DNA of 63,065 nt, the filler included, from Octopus bimaculoides (lineage: Eukaryota), in NCBI RefSeq assembly GCF_001194135.2. It is 4 parts of 4 records of this genome, joined end to end, with 100 filler letters (N's around TTAATTAATTAA, not from the genome) between each part and the next. Parts side by side here need not be neighbours in the genome. Positions count along the whole stretch, not along the records: positions 17,987 to 33,266 come from NC_068986.1; positions 33,367 to 38,239 come from NC_068981.1; 2 more parts are not named here. One strand, 5' to 3'. The position numbers and the translations under genes are program-made. Shown in pieces: positions 24,827 through 37,899 of this stretch. Each line of letters opens with the position of its first letter. The stretch's first letter is position 1. The notes under the pieces are model-generated. The model worked only from the letters and a program-made list of their open reading frames with translations. It had not been told where the DNA came from and ran no database searches.

Positions 24827-25422
24827 AACAACAAACAAGATGCGGACAAATATACGTCGAATGTAAATAATGTAAATATTGAGATCGATTTATTCAACTA
24901 AGCCTTTCAAGGCGCCTCCTCCTCCCCCATCATGATTGCTACCCAATGAGTGAAACAACAAAAAGATAAAAGATTATGCAAATTCAAGAAGAGAATTTTG
25001 CCATTGAATAAATTCATGACATGTTGAATTATATCGTCTGGTATTCTTGTAACAAAATACTGTCTGTATCACTTGAATATTTGATTGACTGAAGCACTTT
25101 TCTATGGAATATATAACATTAAAGGATACGAGAAATTGAACTCATATAATCCTATAATATCGTTAATGTGTCAGAAGTAATTAATTCAGTATGACAGAGT
25201 TCGTGATTCCATGAACTCCATCATGCTTATTGACGAAGTTCAAATTCGAAAATATTATATTTTGAGGTGAAATGGTTCGACCGAAAATCGAACCATAAAC
25301 ATCAGTCACCAGGCGCTTACAGCTACTCACCAGTAACTTATACATTTTTTAAATAAAATGAAACCCAAATAATTACAATAGTAAATATACACTCACAGAC
25401 ACATGAATGCATATATGGAATA

Positions 25423-25459
<37 letters not shown>

Positions 25460-25662
25460 GCATAGGAGAATGATAAAGAGAAAGTTCTTTGTACAGTATA
25501 AAATATGTGTTTGAAAGAAGCCATTAAGCTTGGAACTGATATCAGAGTAACTCACTGCAAACATTTTTATTAAGATTAGAATAAAAAAATTATCTCCTCA
25601 AAAAAGCCATCTCTACTCATTCTTTCAAATATAAATGCATATATACACATCGATATGCATGT

Positions 25663-25707
<45 letters not shown>

Positions 25708-25803
25708 GATATTGATATATGCATATGCGTGTGTGTGTGTGTATATATATATATAAAAATATATATATATATATACATATACACAAACATACACGCACGC
25801 ACG

Positions 25804-25847
<44 letters not shown>
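25663..25847. repeat. (GATA)n, (TG)n, (TA)n and (CA)n microsatellite cluster
   Basis: Direct reading. Confidence 0.9.
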
Positions 25848-25849
<2 letters not shown>

Positions 25850-26049
25850 GGGTTGGTTAAAAGTTACCCGACAGTAAATCAAAATTCCGTAAATACTTAA
25901 TATCTAATTTTATTTATTCATTCCAATTATGAATGTTTAATAATTAAATGCTGTGAGATAAAATAACCGTTTTTATATTTAAATATTTGTCTATTTAATA
26001 GCGAGGTTTCATATAAAATGATTGCTCACAGACTTGTTCTCTTTAATGA

Positions 26050-27300
26050 ATGCATTCATTATCACCTTTTATGTTGGTTATTCATTATCACCAACATAGT
26101 GTTGGCCACCTCGATGTTTGTGGTATTCGACACATCAGATATGTCGACGCAGCCTTCCCGCATCATAATATGCATGGAATATTCTCAAAACCACCAACTT
26201 CCGCTATAGTGACCCGAAAGCCAAAATTTTGCAGGGCCAATGAATGAAATTTAAAATCGGTCCGACCGGTGGCCTTTTACTCTGATCACCGAAAAGAAGC
26301 CTCTCTATATTTAAGTGATGCAGCCTCTGAAAACGCGACAGAAATTGGCTACACTGAGGATAGCTGCCAAAGTCTTGGATTGATCCAAGTTTATCTGCAC
26401 ACATCCGCTGTATTCTAATCGCTCTACCGACAAGCACAACCTCTTTGCAGTCACATTGCCAAAGTCTTTATACTATGCGTTCAGTTGAGTTTACGGCTGG
26501 AAATGTTCGTAACTTTCATTATCAGTGTCATCAGGCCCGCCGAATGCAGCTAGAAAGGATTTAGTATATTGCCAGAGAAGGTTCAACAAGTCAGACATGT
26601 ACAAAGCTTCTAGAAGAACTATCCAAAGCAGATGATTCTGCCCTCGCACAAATACCCTTCAAACTATCTCAGTAACTGTTATCGTATTTTAATAGTCGGG
26701 CACTATTTCTACTGAAAGCTGCAGTAGGTCATCAAAGTAGACACTTTCCTCCATAACTATCACCAAATTGACGATGGAAAACTGCACACATATGCCTGGA
26801 ATCGAATGGCATGTACCTATCATAATTCTTCACATATCTAACTTTGTTTTCACGTCGCACTGTTGTTATTCAGACCCATCGAACGATTCTAAGAGCATGC
26901 GACTTAGCTTTGATGTAGCTTTCGTCTTTCACATCTAAAACGTTTATGATCTCTCTTAATTTGCTAAAGTAGTTCATCCTTTAATATATTGTTATCCATA
27001 GCTAATTGTTTGCTGTAGTCTATCAGTTATACTCTAATGACTATCTTCAAAAAATCGACCACAAGTGAATGATGATCTCACTCTCAGCTCCAGCTTGACT
27101 TCTAATCTGGTAGCGTAGGCGTTCCACGTCGAGAACCACACTTTCAGCTTCCGGTGACCGAGCCCTAGTCTATGCTTCTTATTTAGGTTCTATATGCAGA
27201 TTACAAGGTCGTGGGCTACGTAACCAGCTGGCTGAAATCGCAGACTCGCTATAGTTTCCTGATCCGATTTTTGATAAATACGTTACTCGATAGTATCTGG
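26050..27300 (-). mobile_element. Highly decayed Gypsy-like pol (RT-RNase H) remnant
   Basis: Minus-strand YFSKL, RYMPF (26804-26812) and VYFDDLL (26722-26742) in RT motif order, then LAAILSVANF (RNase H-like). Boundaries uncertain. Confidence 0.5.
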
Positions 27301-28015
27301 ATAATGCCATACGATTTTGCTCAAATATACACTGGAACATTTAAAAAATCCAATAGATGTCTGTCAGAAACAAGAAACTACCTGGGAAGGCTTGCGGTGT
27401 TTTTGCACACTTCCTTCATAACCTCACCGTGCATTCAAGAGTCCGTTCCAGTCACTCCTAAGCAATTTTATCCAATTCCAGGAAACATTATCTAGTTATT
27501 TTTTAACATATAAATCGTGATACTTATATATCCGAATTCTCTTGAAATATGCAATTGTGACCTGACTGTCACTCAGTTTTCGTTTTGATTTTCCTTTGAT
27601 GATGTGATTTTCCTTGATGATGTGAGAGATTAGCGGCATAACTAGAGGGTACGTACAGAGTGCCTTTGTCTATTGTGAGTATAGTGTAGGAATGTTGCGT
27701 TATAAAATCGCTTTGTAACCGATACATTCATATCCAACAACAAAAGATACAAATGCTAGCATCGGGGGCGTAAAAATAATAATCTTGTAAAATCAAATCT
27801 TTTCAAATTTAATTATATCTTGCTTTAGTTTATTACATTTTATTATTCTTTCATATTTATTTCATGCTTAAAATTTTTAATCTATTTGTTGTATAACGTC
27901 CCCACCCTCCCCTTGTTTTTAGATAACGTTTGTCCAGCTCCACATGTTTTGTAAAGCACATGTTCATTATAACATCCATTATATTTAATGCTTCACTTGG
28001 AGCTCATAAAAAAGT

Positions 28016-28239
<224 letters not shown>

Positions 28240-29462
28240 AACAGTTTTCATAGATAAACTGCCAGCAAATGCTATTCATTTCCTAAACCTTAATGAATAA
28301 AGATGTTATAAACATTCTCTTAAGGATATACTAAGAATCTAATATGTATAAATAATATTGGTGCTCTTATTCCTATCGTGAAACTGAATCGTGGATCTCT
28401 TGAGATTGAATATAAAAACTATCCTTTTATTTATTTATATTTTTGTAACGGGAGTTGTTCATGTCATTTTTCGGAAATACAAATATTGCATGAATCCTGG
28501 AGTTTGTTACGAGAAGTGTACATATATTGATTATATATATTTGAATCTTTGAAGTCTAAACAGCTTATCTCTCGTCTTTCGTTGTTGTTATATTTCTTCC
28601 ACAATTTCTAATATTTCTAAGTATTATTTAGTATATATGCATAAATGTTTTCGCATAGCACTACATGGTAGCGTTTATGCTTCGCTTTCAAAAAAAATTA
28701 CATGTGCCCAGATATTACTAAACCTATTGAAAAATCTATAAGGTTCTTTTTGCCATTAATACATAATAACACAATAAAATTGACACATGACCTAGTGACG
28801 TCAGTATACAATTTCCTGTGCAAGTCTCCAATAAAGTTTGAAATTCAATTCCTCTTGAACAGTGATTTGAGACAAGACTTCGTTAGTATGACTGCGATGT
28901 ATTGATTTTCTGTGTTGATTTTGTTTAAAAGCTCGCGTAAATTTTGTGCCTTCATTAAAAACAAACACCATGTTGCACAAAAGCAATACTGATGTGCGTA
29001 ATTATAAAGTGTCAGTTACTCACTTCCTTAACCATTTCTTACTAGCGCATTACTATTGACATATGTTTAACGTTGACTTTTATATCAGATAGAATGGATT
29101 CGCTTCTATGGATTTTTTTCTGTTTTCAGGTTTATCCTATTTCATAAAACAAAATGTTATATACATAATTAGAAAATAATGTCATGAAAAGAAGTGTCAT
29201 AAAGCGGACAAAATATTGATGGGCTGTCTGGCTGGCTGATGTGAATTATCATTTAATAAAAAGCGAATCTTTATTGCCTTTCGCTACCACAAAAAACACA
29301 GACAGTTATACCTCCTATAGTTCAAATCAGAATTCCAAAAAAATCTATCAATTCACAAAGTTATTTTCAATTAAACAATTGAGAATAGTTATTGTAAATA
29401 GGATTATATTTTCCATGTTATCAACCGCATCTTTCGAGAGTAACTGTTTTCTTTATATTTAG

Positions 29463-29521
29463 ATCCACACTTTACTTCCATTGGTTTCAAACATGGCTGT
29501 CATCGGGTGTTTTATTGCTAA
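29463..29521 (+). CDS. Candidate exon (phase 0 to 2) IHTLLPLVSNMAVIGCFIA
   Basis: Acceptor ctgttttctttatatttag, donor GTATGT; phase-compatible with 14076-14189. Confidence 0.4.
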
Positions 29522-29785
29522 GTATGTACATTGGTCAAGTAGATGATACCGTTAATTCTCTTAGGTTCGAAATAATTATGTTTTTATTCATGCTCATTAC
29601 AAAACGGTTGAAATTTTAATGTAGGTGAAAATATTTTTAAAAAGTACCTCATCTCTGAAAAATTTATTTCATCAGGAAACATTACACACACATACACACA
29701 CGCACACACACACACACACACACACATTCTCACACACACACACCCACACACACATTCTCACACACACACACACANNNNNNNNNNT

Positions 29786-29788
29786 GAC

Positions 29789-29872
<84 letters not shown>
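29786..29872. repeat. (GATA)n microsatellite
   Basis: Direct reading. Confidence 0.95.
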
Positions 29873-29874
<2 letters not shown>

Positions 29875-30406
29875 AATAAGGGTTTAAAATGTGCTAAATA
29901 AATACATACATATATATGGTGTTAAAAAGAAGTATATTTTCATAAAAAATGTTTTCATATATGAAAATGTTTGACAGTAAAGATATAAGTGTGTTTTCAC
30001 AAAGTGAACTTTACGAAAGTAAAGAATATCACATTTTAAAGCCTTCACACAATAAATTTACGGAATAAATATTAGCGTTTGTTTTAACAAAAGAAGTTTG
30101 TCAGTAAATGAAAATCAAATTTTACTCTGTGTGTGTGCGTGCGCGCGTGCGTGTGTGTTAGAACATTCAACGTCGAACACAATTCTGTATTTAGATTGGA
30201 ATGACGTTTAAGGGATGCTTCAGAAAATGATCACTCATGATACTTTTCGTTGCTAGTTTGTCGGTTAGACAAGACACATGCCACAGCAGAAATGTTTCCA
30301 CAAAATCGAAACAACTCATTCATTATTGACATCTAATTTGTGGTCGAAGTATGACAAAGTAAAGTCCGGGGCGAAAGGCGACGTGATATTTGTATCGTCT
30401 GCCAAG

Positions 30407-30494
30407 TCTTCTGAATTCACTGGAAGATAGATTGAAACGGAAAATAGAAGCTAGCCAAAAGCTGCTACTTAAAATTTGCACACAGAATAAGCAA
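30407..30494 (+). CDS. Candidate exon (phase 2 to 0) LLNSLEDRLKRKIEASQKLLLKICTQNKQ
   Basis: Coiled-coil-like open frame; moderate acceptor, weak donor GTAGTT; phase-compatible with 29463-29521. Confidence 0.28.
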
Positions 30495-30788
30495 GTAGTT
30501 ATAAATATGCGATGTATAACTTGTTTTACAAATTCTTTGAATCAAACTGGTACCGATCGATACTAGTATGTGTGGACTAGTAACTCTCTTTGTGTAATTC
30601 CAATAATTATAGATATGATGCGCAAACTTTAATAAAATATTCAGGCAGTGTAGCTGAGAGGCTCGCTTGGTTTTGGGACCAGTTCTAATGTGCGGCACCT
30701 TGAATAAAGGCTTAAATTATAGCCCCAGGTTGACCAATACTTTTTAAGCAAATGTGGTAGACGGAAACTGAGGGGAATCCCGTCGTAC

Positions 30789-30823
<35 letters not shown>

Positions 30824-30862
30824 GTGTTGTGTGTGTTGTGTGTGTGCGCGTGNNNNNNNNNN

Positions 30863-30899
<37 letters not shown>

Positions 30900-30984
30900 T
30901 GTGTGTGTGTGTGTTGTGTGTGTTGTGTGTGTGCGCGTGTGCGTGTGAGTGCGCTCGTAGCTTAAATTTATCACAATTCTTTTA

Positions 30985-31206
30985 TTCGTTCTTTTGTTTC
31001 AGTCACATGACTGCAGCCATGCCGGAGCACCACCTTGAAGGGTTTTAGTCGAACAAATCGACCCCCAGAACTTATTTTTTAAAAGCTTATTACTTATTCT
31101 ATGGGTATATATTGCCGAACCGCTAGGTTACGGGGTATGTAAACACACTAACACCGGTTGTCAAGCAGTGATGGCAGGGCAAGCACAGACACAAAAACTC
31201 ACCCAC

Positions 31207-31240
<34 letters not shown>

Positions 31241-32340
31241 NNNNNNNNNNNNNNNNNNNNNNNNNNNNNNNNNNNNNNNNNNNNNNNNNNNNNNNNNNNN
31301 NNNNNNNNNNNNNNNNNNNNNNNNNNNNNNNNNNNNNNNNNNNNNNNNNNNNNNNNNNNNNNNNNNNNNNNNNNNNNNNNNNNNNNNNNNNNNNNNNNNN
31401 NNNNNNNNNNNNNNNNNNNNNNNNNNNNNNNNNNNNNNNNNNNNNNNNNNNNNNNNNNNNNNNNNNNNNNNNNNNNNNNNNNNNNNNNNNNNNNNNNNNN
31501 NNNNNNNNNNNNNNNNNNNNNNNNNNNNNNNNNNNNNNNNNNNNNNNNNNNNNNNNNNNNNNNNNNNNNNNNNNNNNNNNNNNNNNNNNNNNNNNNNNNN
31601 NNNNNNNNNNNNNNNNNNNNNNNNNNNNNNNNNNNNNNNNNNNNNNNNNNNNNNNNNNNNNNNNNNNNNNNNNNNNNNNNNNNNNNNNNNNNNNNNNNNN
31701 NNNNNNNNNNNNNNNNNNNNNNNNNNNNNNNNNNNNNNNNNNNNNNNNNNNNNNNNNNNNNNNNNNNNNNNNNNNNNNNNNNNNNNNNNNNNNNNNNNNN
31801 NNNNNNNNNNNNNNNNNNNNNNNNNNNNNNNNNNNNNNNNNNNNNNNNNNNNNNNNNNNNNNNNNNNNNNNNNNNNNNNNNNNNNNNNNNNNNNNNNNNN
31901 NNNNNNNNNNNNNNNNNNNNNNNNNNNNNNNNNNNNNNNNNNNNNNNNNNNNNNNNNNNNNNNNNNNNNNNNNNNNNNNNNNNNNNNNNNNNNNNNNNNN
32001 NNNNNNNNNNNNNNNNNNNNNNNNNNNNNNNNNNNNNNNNNNNNNNNNNNNNNNNNNNNNNNNNNNNNNNNNNNNNNNNNNNNNNNNNNNNNNNNNNNNN
32101 NNNNNNNNNNNNNNNNNNNNNNNNNNNNNNNNNNNNNNNNNNNNNNNNNNNNNNNNNNTATATATATATATATATATACAATGGGCTTCTCTCAGCTTCC
32201 CTCTACTAAATCTACTCAGAAGGCTTCTTTGGTTAGCTCGCGGCTATAGTAGAAAACACTTGTCCAAGACGCCACACTGTGGGACTGAACCTGGAACCAT
32301 GTAGTTGGGAAGCAAGCTTCTTACCACACAGCTACGCTTG
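30985..32340 (-). mobile_element. SINE family B split by an N gap at its internal (TA)n tract
   Basis: 3' half 30985-31215 and 5' half 32180-32340. Confidence 0.85.
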
Positions 32341-33576
32341 CTTACTTAATAAGCGCATGCAAAAAATACAAGCACAAAAAAATAAGCACCTACACTTCCA
32401 CGGTCATCTACTATTGATCATAAAAGTTGCATGACAAATACATATATTAATAAGGGGCACAGAAACCTCACCAGGCACTAGCGAACAACGAACCAACACC
32501 CGCAAAATAACCCTGGATCATACACATACATGCTAAAACAAAAACAATAATATAGCAACACACGCAATAAAGAAGAGACACACGCACTCAAGCACATGAA
32601 CATACGCGCACGCATACATGAGGTTATTCACAAAGATGTACAAACAGCAGACACTGAAATGAGCATAACAGGCATTTAAACGTGCACAAGGGTCACTAAA
32701 AATGAGCACATAATCCTTCCATCTGCAACTTCAATTCGTTCTGACCATATCAAAAAAAAATCATAACAAGCAGACGGGTACATTAATTAAGGCCTGCAAA
32801 TCCCGGGTGGTTCTGGCCAATAATACTATGAAACAATATACAAAAAAGGAGAATTTATGGATCATACAAATGTCTGCTAAAGTACAAACGAATATAATAA
32901 ACACATATGGAAGAACACGCGCGCGCGTTCGTACACACGCACACACACACACACACATACACATACGGGCAAGCACACTTGAACTTACACACAAGGGCGC
33001 GTAAGAAAACCTAACCCCCATACACAAATATTCACAAAGTCTCTCTTGCACACACCACACAGACGCTCGCGCACACGCACAAACACTACACACACAATAA
33101 CCACATATACAAGCACATACAAGAGAACAAATTGACACCGGAATTTTACTTTCTGTGACGGTAATTTGATATACCTACTTATCTCGTTTTCCCTTTATCT
33201 CTTATTGTTGTATTTATGCCTACTTTGCCTTCTTATCTCTCTGATAACCACCACAGGCAAGCTAACNNNNNNNNNNNNNNNNNNNNNNNNNNNNNNNNNN
33301 NNNNNNNNNNTTAATTAATTAANNNNNNNNNNNNNNNNNNNNNNNNNNNNNNNNNNNNNNNNNNNNAACAAGTAAAAGAATATATATATATATAAATAAT
33401 AATATAAATATATAGTTATATGCATATATCCATACATATATGTACATACCTACATCTATATGTATACATACATGCATATATGGGTACAGATGTAGGTATG
33501 TACCTACATGTATGGATATATGCATATATCTATATATTTGTTATTATATGATCGAACGCCACACATCCTTTTCCAA

Positions 33577-33619
<43 letters not shown>

Positions 33620-34183
33620 CATACACACAGACACACACCTCATTGAAGAAAAGTTGTTTTTTTTAAGAAGTATATGGTTCAAAAAAGTTTGTTTTAAGTT
33701 GCTATTATTGGTGAAAGCTATATTTTTAATTGTTTTGCAAATTACATTCACTTCAAAAGGCAGAAAGTATCAGATGAAAGGCATGTGTTTAATGAAAGAT
33801 GGACTTTCATTTGTTTTACTATCAGATAGAACACTGTCTTATCTATCATAAAACTCTATAGGACCTTCAAGGAGTTTAACCTCTAAAGATATGAAATATG
33901 ACATTGACTTTATTGTGTTGCAATGCAATTGAGTATATGGACAAACAAAATATGATTTTAAAAAGTCCATTTCTTAAGAAATGAAATGGTTAAGAACAAT
34001 AACAAAAACCTGAATTTTGTGTGTATGCCAGCTGTGGGTTTGCTATGTGTGTGTGTGGAAAGAGGAAACCATTTATGAATGGTAAATTTCTTACACAACA
34101 GAATATGATACAGATTAAAAATTTACCTCTAATAATAGACTATTAAAAAAAAAACAACTTTACCCCAGTAAATTGTTTTGCTT

Positions 34184-34254
34184 TCAAAATGTTAGTTCTT
34201 CAATAGTTATTAGGCATTTAGAAGATTCAAGCAGTGATCTTTTATTTTCATTAT
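34184..34254 (-). CDS. Candidate terminal coding exon (phase 1) NENKRSLLESSKCLITIEELTF*
   Basis: Strong acceptor tactgtctgccttttcag; lies in the CpG-depleted block. Confidence 0.3.
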
Positions 34255-35290
34255 CTGAAAAGGCAGACAGTATTTTAATACAAGTTCTTCAATACAGTAG
34301 AGGCTACTTGTTATAAGATAGTGTTACCTAACAGTTTAGTGGATCCCAAACTTTTATTTTAAAAGAAATTAAATATTCTTTGCTTATTAGAAGTGGTTTT
34401 AAACTGCCACACAACCAATACAACTAATGTTATACCTCTGGAGATCAAAAAAGCACGGTAGCGATGGAAATATGATAGGTATATGGGGAGAGTGGTGGTG
34501 AAATCATGTCAATGATAGGAGTGGAGATAGTGGTGTATTAAATCAGCCAGTGTCAGAGATGTTATTGGTGTTTGTGTGTGTGTGTGTGTGTGTATATACA
34601 TGGAGGAAGTTAAAATCACAGATAATCTTATCAAACAGTCCGTAACTATTTAAAATGAATTGAAAACTGTCAATTTATAACAAATATGGATCTTTGATTC
34701 TAATATTTTCTGCTTAATGATATCAGCTTGTTATTGGTACTGAAAAAGTTTTGTCCTCCAAGAAGTGGCTTCCACTGTTATTTCTCTCTGGCTCTGGATC
34801 AAAATGTCATTTCAGACAGAATATAAATATGATTTTTATCAGAGGCATTAGGGTTAGGGTTGAAATTGCAGAAGTTATGTGCTTTACAAAATATGGGAAA
34901 GTAACACATCAGAAAAATCTATTTTTGAAGTTAGACCTAGGTTGGGAGAAGTTAAAAAAATGTAACAAAAGAGAGGACAAAACATATGATAGGAAATAAT
35001 GCTGGGTTGAAAAAAATTAGCCAGATCTTTAAAACAAATGGAGCAAGTGGTTTAAAACTTTACTGCAGCTTTCATCAATAGGTATTATTGTAAAGTTATT
35101 AAATTTGAAGTGTGTAAGTTTTATCAGGCACCATAGCATGTTTGAATCCATTTCAAATACTTTTATCATGGATTAGATACTGAATATAATATTCTGTCTC
35201 ATTTTGAAATGAGGTGGTGACTTAGTAGAGGGAAAGTTTCAAAATGTTACTTTGTGCATCATAATGAAATTGAAGTGTTTATGTTCCTGT

Positions 35291-35985
35291 CAAGGCATGT
35301 GGCTTAGTGGTTACGGTATTCAGCTCAAGATCGTAAGGTTGTGAGTTTGATTCCTGGTGGCATATTGTGTCTTTGAGCAAGGAGCACGATGCTGCTCTAG
35401 TCTACTCAGCTGGCAAAAATGAGTTGTACCTGTAATTCAAAGGGCCAGCCATTTCAAACTTTGTGTCACATTGAATCTCCCTGAGAACTGCGTTAAGGGT
35501 ACTCTTTTACTCTTCTATTTGTTTCAGTCATTTGACTGCGGCCATGCTGGAGCACCGCCTTTAGTTGAGCAAATCGACCCCGGGACTTATTCTTTGTAAG
35601 CCTAGTACTTATTCTATCGGTCTCTTTTGCCGAACCACTAAGTGATGGGAACATAGACACACCAACATCAGTTGTCAAGCGATGCTGAGGGGACAAACAC
35701 AGACACACAATCACACACACATATATATATACACACATATATACGACGGGTTTCTTTCAGTTTCCGTCTACCAAATCCACTCACAAGGCTTTGGTCGGCC
35801 CGAGGCTATAGTAGAAGACACTTGCCCAAGATGCCACGCAGTGGGACTGAACCCAGAACCATGTGGTTGGTAAGCAAGCTACTTACCACATAGCCACTCC
35901 TGCACCAGCCACTTGCAGGTTAATTTCATGAGCTGGCTGATCCATTGATTTATTCAACTGGAACTCTTGTTGTTGTAATTGACAG
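35291..35985 (+). mobile_element. Old SINE family C interrupted by a SINE family B insertion
   Basis: C head and body 35291-35500; C 3' part resumes at about 35905 (agccacttgcaggttaatttc). Confidence 0.8.
35500..35905 (-). mobile_element. Full-length SINE family B (tRNA head, CORE-like middle, internal microsatellite)
   Basis: Near-identical to 40055-40460; A-box tggctatgtgg and B-box-like ggttcagtccc on the minus strand. Confidence 0.92.
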
Positions 35986-36497
35986 TGCCACAAATGTTCC
36001 TGATGGATGTTGTTTTCCGATAAAAACTGTTGTGGTTTAAAATTTTTTGAACATAAAGTTGCAAAACTATTGATACTTTTTGTTCTTTTAGTTGTTACTA
36101 CCATTGGACTGTAGCCACACTAGACACAGCCTCGAAGTTTAGTCAGTCAAATCAGCTCCATTACTTATTTTAAGTCTGGGTTCAGGTTTAGTTCAACTTT
36201 GCAACATCTTTGGCTAGTGTCTTCTACTACAGCCCCTAATTGATCAATTCCTTGTGAATGAATTTGGTAGATGGAAAATACACTGATGCCCATTGTGTAT
36301 GTATGTGTGCAAGTGTGCACAGATGCATCAGTTTGTGTTTCACTGCTTGACCACAGTTAGGCAAATATATTATTGAGGCATTGCTTTACAATTGGATACT
36401 TGTTGCTAACCTCCAACTGTTTTTCAAACCAGGGATCTCTTATTTTTCTACAGCAACATGACTTACAACAACTGTTGTAGAGCACAAATATAAACAA

Positions 36498-36532
<35 letters not shown>

Positions 36533-36824
36533 TATAAAGCATTAAATAAAAAGAAATATTTAGCGTATTTGTCTGTTATTTAGGGAAAGTATTCAATCTT
36601 AATTTTAAATGTCATCTTATTACTCAACCACAAATGTGACAGAAGAGGAAGCCTTGTGCAGCAACATCCTATCACAAAGGTCAAAAGCATTTAATTAGAA
36701 GAAAACTTAACAGGGACCATTAGAGGAATGGAGTAAACTTAGAACAAGTTTTACGTATGAATATTTAATTTCCTCTTATAATTTCTCTCTCCCTCCCTCT
36801 TTCTCCCTTCCACTATCCACTTAC

Positions 36825-36912
36825 ATTGGAGTAGATATTTGTGAACAAAATACCATTCAAGTTACATTCCTTTTGAAGGTTCTTAATTTTAGATAAATCA
36901 ATTACACAGAAC
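36825..36912 (-). CDS. Candidate exon (phase 2 to 0) FCVIDLSKIKNLQKECNLNGILFTNIYSN
   Basis: Donor GTAAGTG, acceptor tactagcctag, single open frame; lies in the CpG-depleted block. Confidence 0.42.
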
Positions 36913-37724
36913 CTAGGCTAGTAGTGTACAGAGCTTGATAATTAATTTTTAATTTAGTTGTAAATTTATTAAAGGGTTAAATGTTGCCAGATCATTATCA
37001 GCCTCTCTCCACCACTACATTAACTGTAAAATCAAATTTAATGGTTATTCTAGTAATGGTGTTAAATATCTACCAAAAAAAAAAAAAAAAAATACAATTG
37101 GTATTTTCTGCAAGTCCTGTTGCCTCAATAAACTTGATTTACCTCTACAAAAAATAGTTTCAGACATGACATAGTTCAACAAAAGATACATTAATGTATA
37201 AAACTGCTTTCCACAGTTCAGGGTAATGAAATTTCGGGTGGATATAACTGATTAAACTGGAATAAACTGTTAAAGTAATTTGTTGAAACTTTTTCCCCTT
37301 ACCATTGTGCCATATACATCTAACAGACATTACTCATTATGCTATTTATGATTGAGGTTGCAATTATTATAAGATAAATTATCTCAGCCATTTCCCAAAG
37401 AGGTGCATCTCACAAATCTTGTTTAGATATCATCACTTAATTTTGCTTAAAGTTCTAGTATATGTACTTTAATAGTTAAATAGTATTTTAAGTTATTGAT
37501 ATAGTAATTAAAATTGTTAATACCTTTACTGAATGTACCTTACATTATCTAGGAGACTGGAATGTTAAGAATTTTGGTGACTGCAAAATAGTAAATACTG
37601 CTACCAGATAAAAGGAATGAGTGATTTACTACTTTAAAGTTCTGGTTTATTTTTCTCAAATTTTAGGGTGTTAAGTAGGTTACTGCTACTGCTGCTAATT
37701 ATTTATTGAAATTTAGTTCATTGT

Positions 37725-37872
37725 GTAGGTATTGGCATGATTGTGTGATTAAGAAGCTTGTTTTGCAACCATATGGTTTTGGGTTAGTTTCACTGTACAG
37801 CACCTTGAGCAAGTGTCTTCTACGGCTTCAGGCTGATCAGAGCCTTGTGAATGAATTTGGTTGGTGGAAACT
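37725..37872 (+). mobile_element. Old CpG-decayed SINE family B 5' half
   Basis: gcaccttgagcaagtgtcttc...gccttgtgaatgaatttgg. Confidence 0.75.
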
Positions 37873-37899
37873 TATATATATATATATATATATATATAT

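Larger units (their letters stand above)
24103..24879 (+). mobile_element. Penelope-like element 3' fragment with inverted pLTR piece and 13-bp TSD
   Basis: TSD TGAGATCGATTTA at 24090-24102 and 24880-24892; 24103-24178 is the reverse complement of the pLTR 3' end; GIY-YIG ORF follows. Confidence 0.92.
23841..24975 (+). mobile_element. 5'-truncated SINE family B interrupted by a Penelope insertion
   Basis: B body 23841-24102 resumes at 24880-24975. Confidence 0.8.

Noticed and set aside
34848-34859. Two TTAGGG units, plus a single unit near 60789
   Set aside because: Too short to distinguish from chance.
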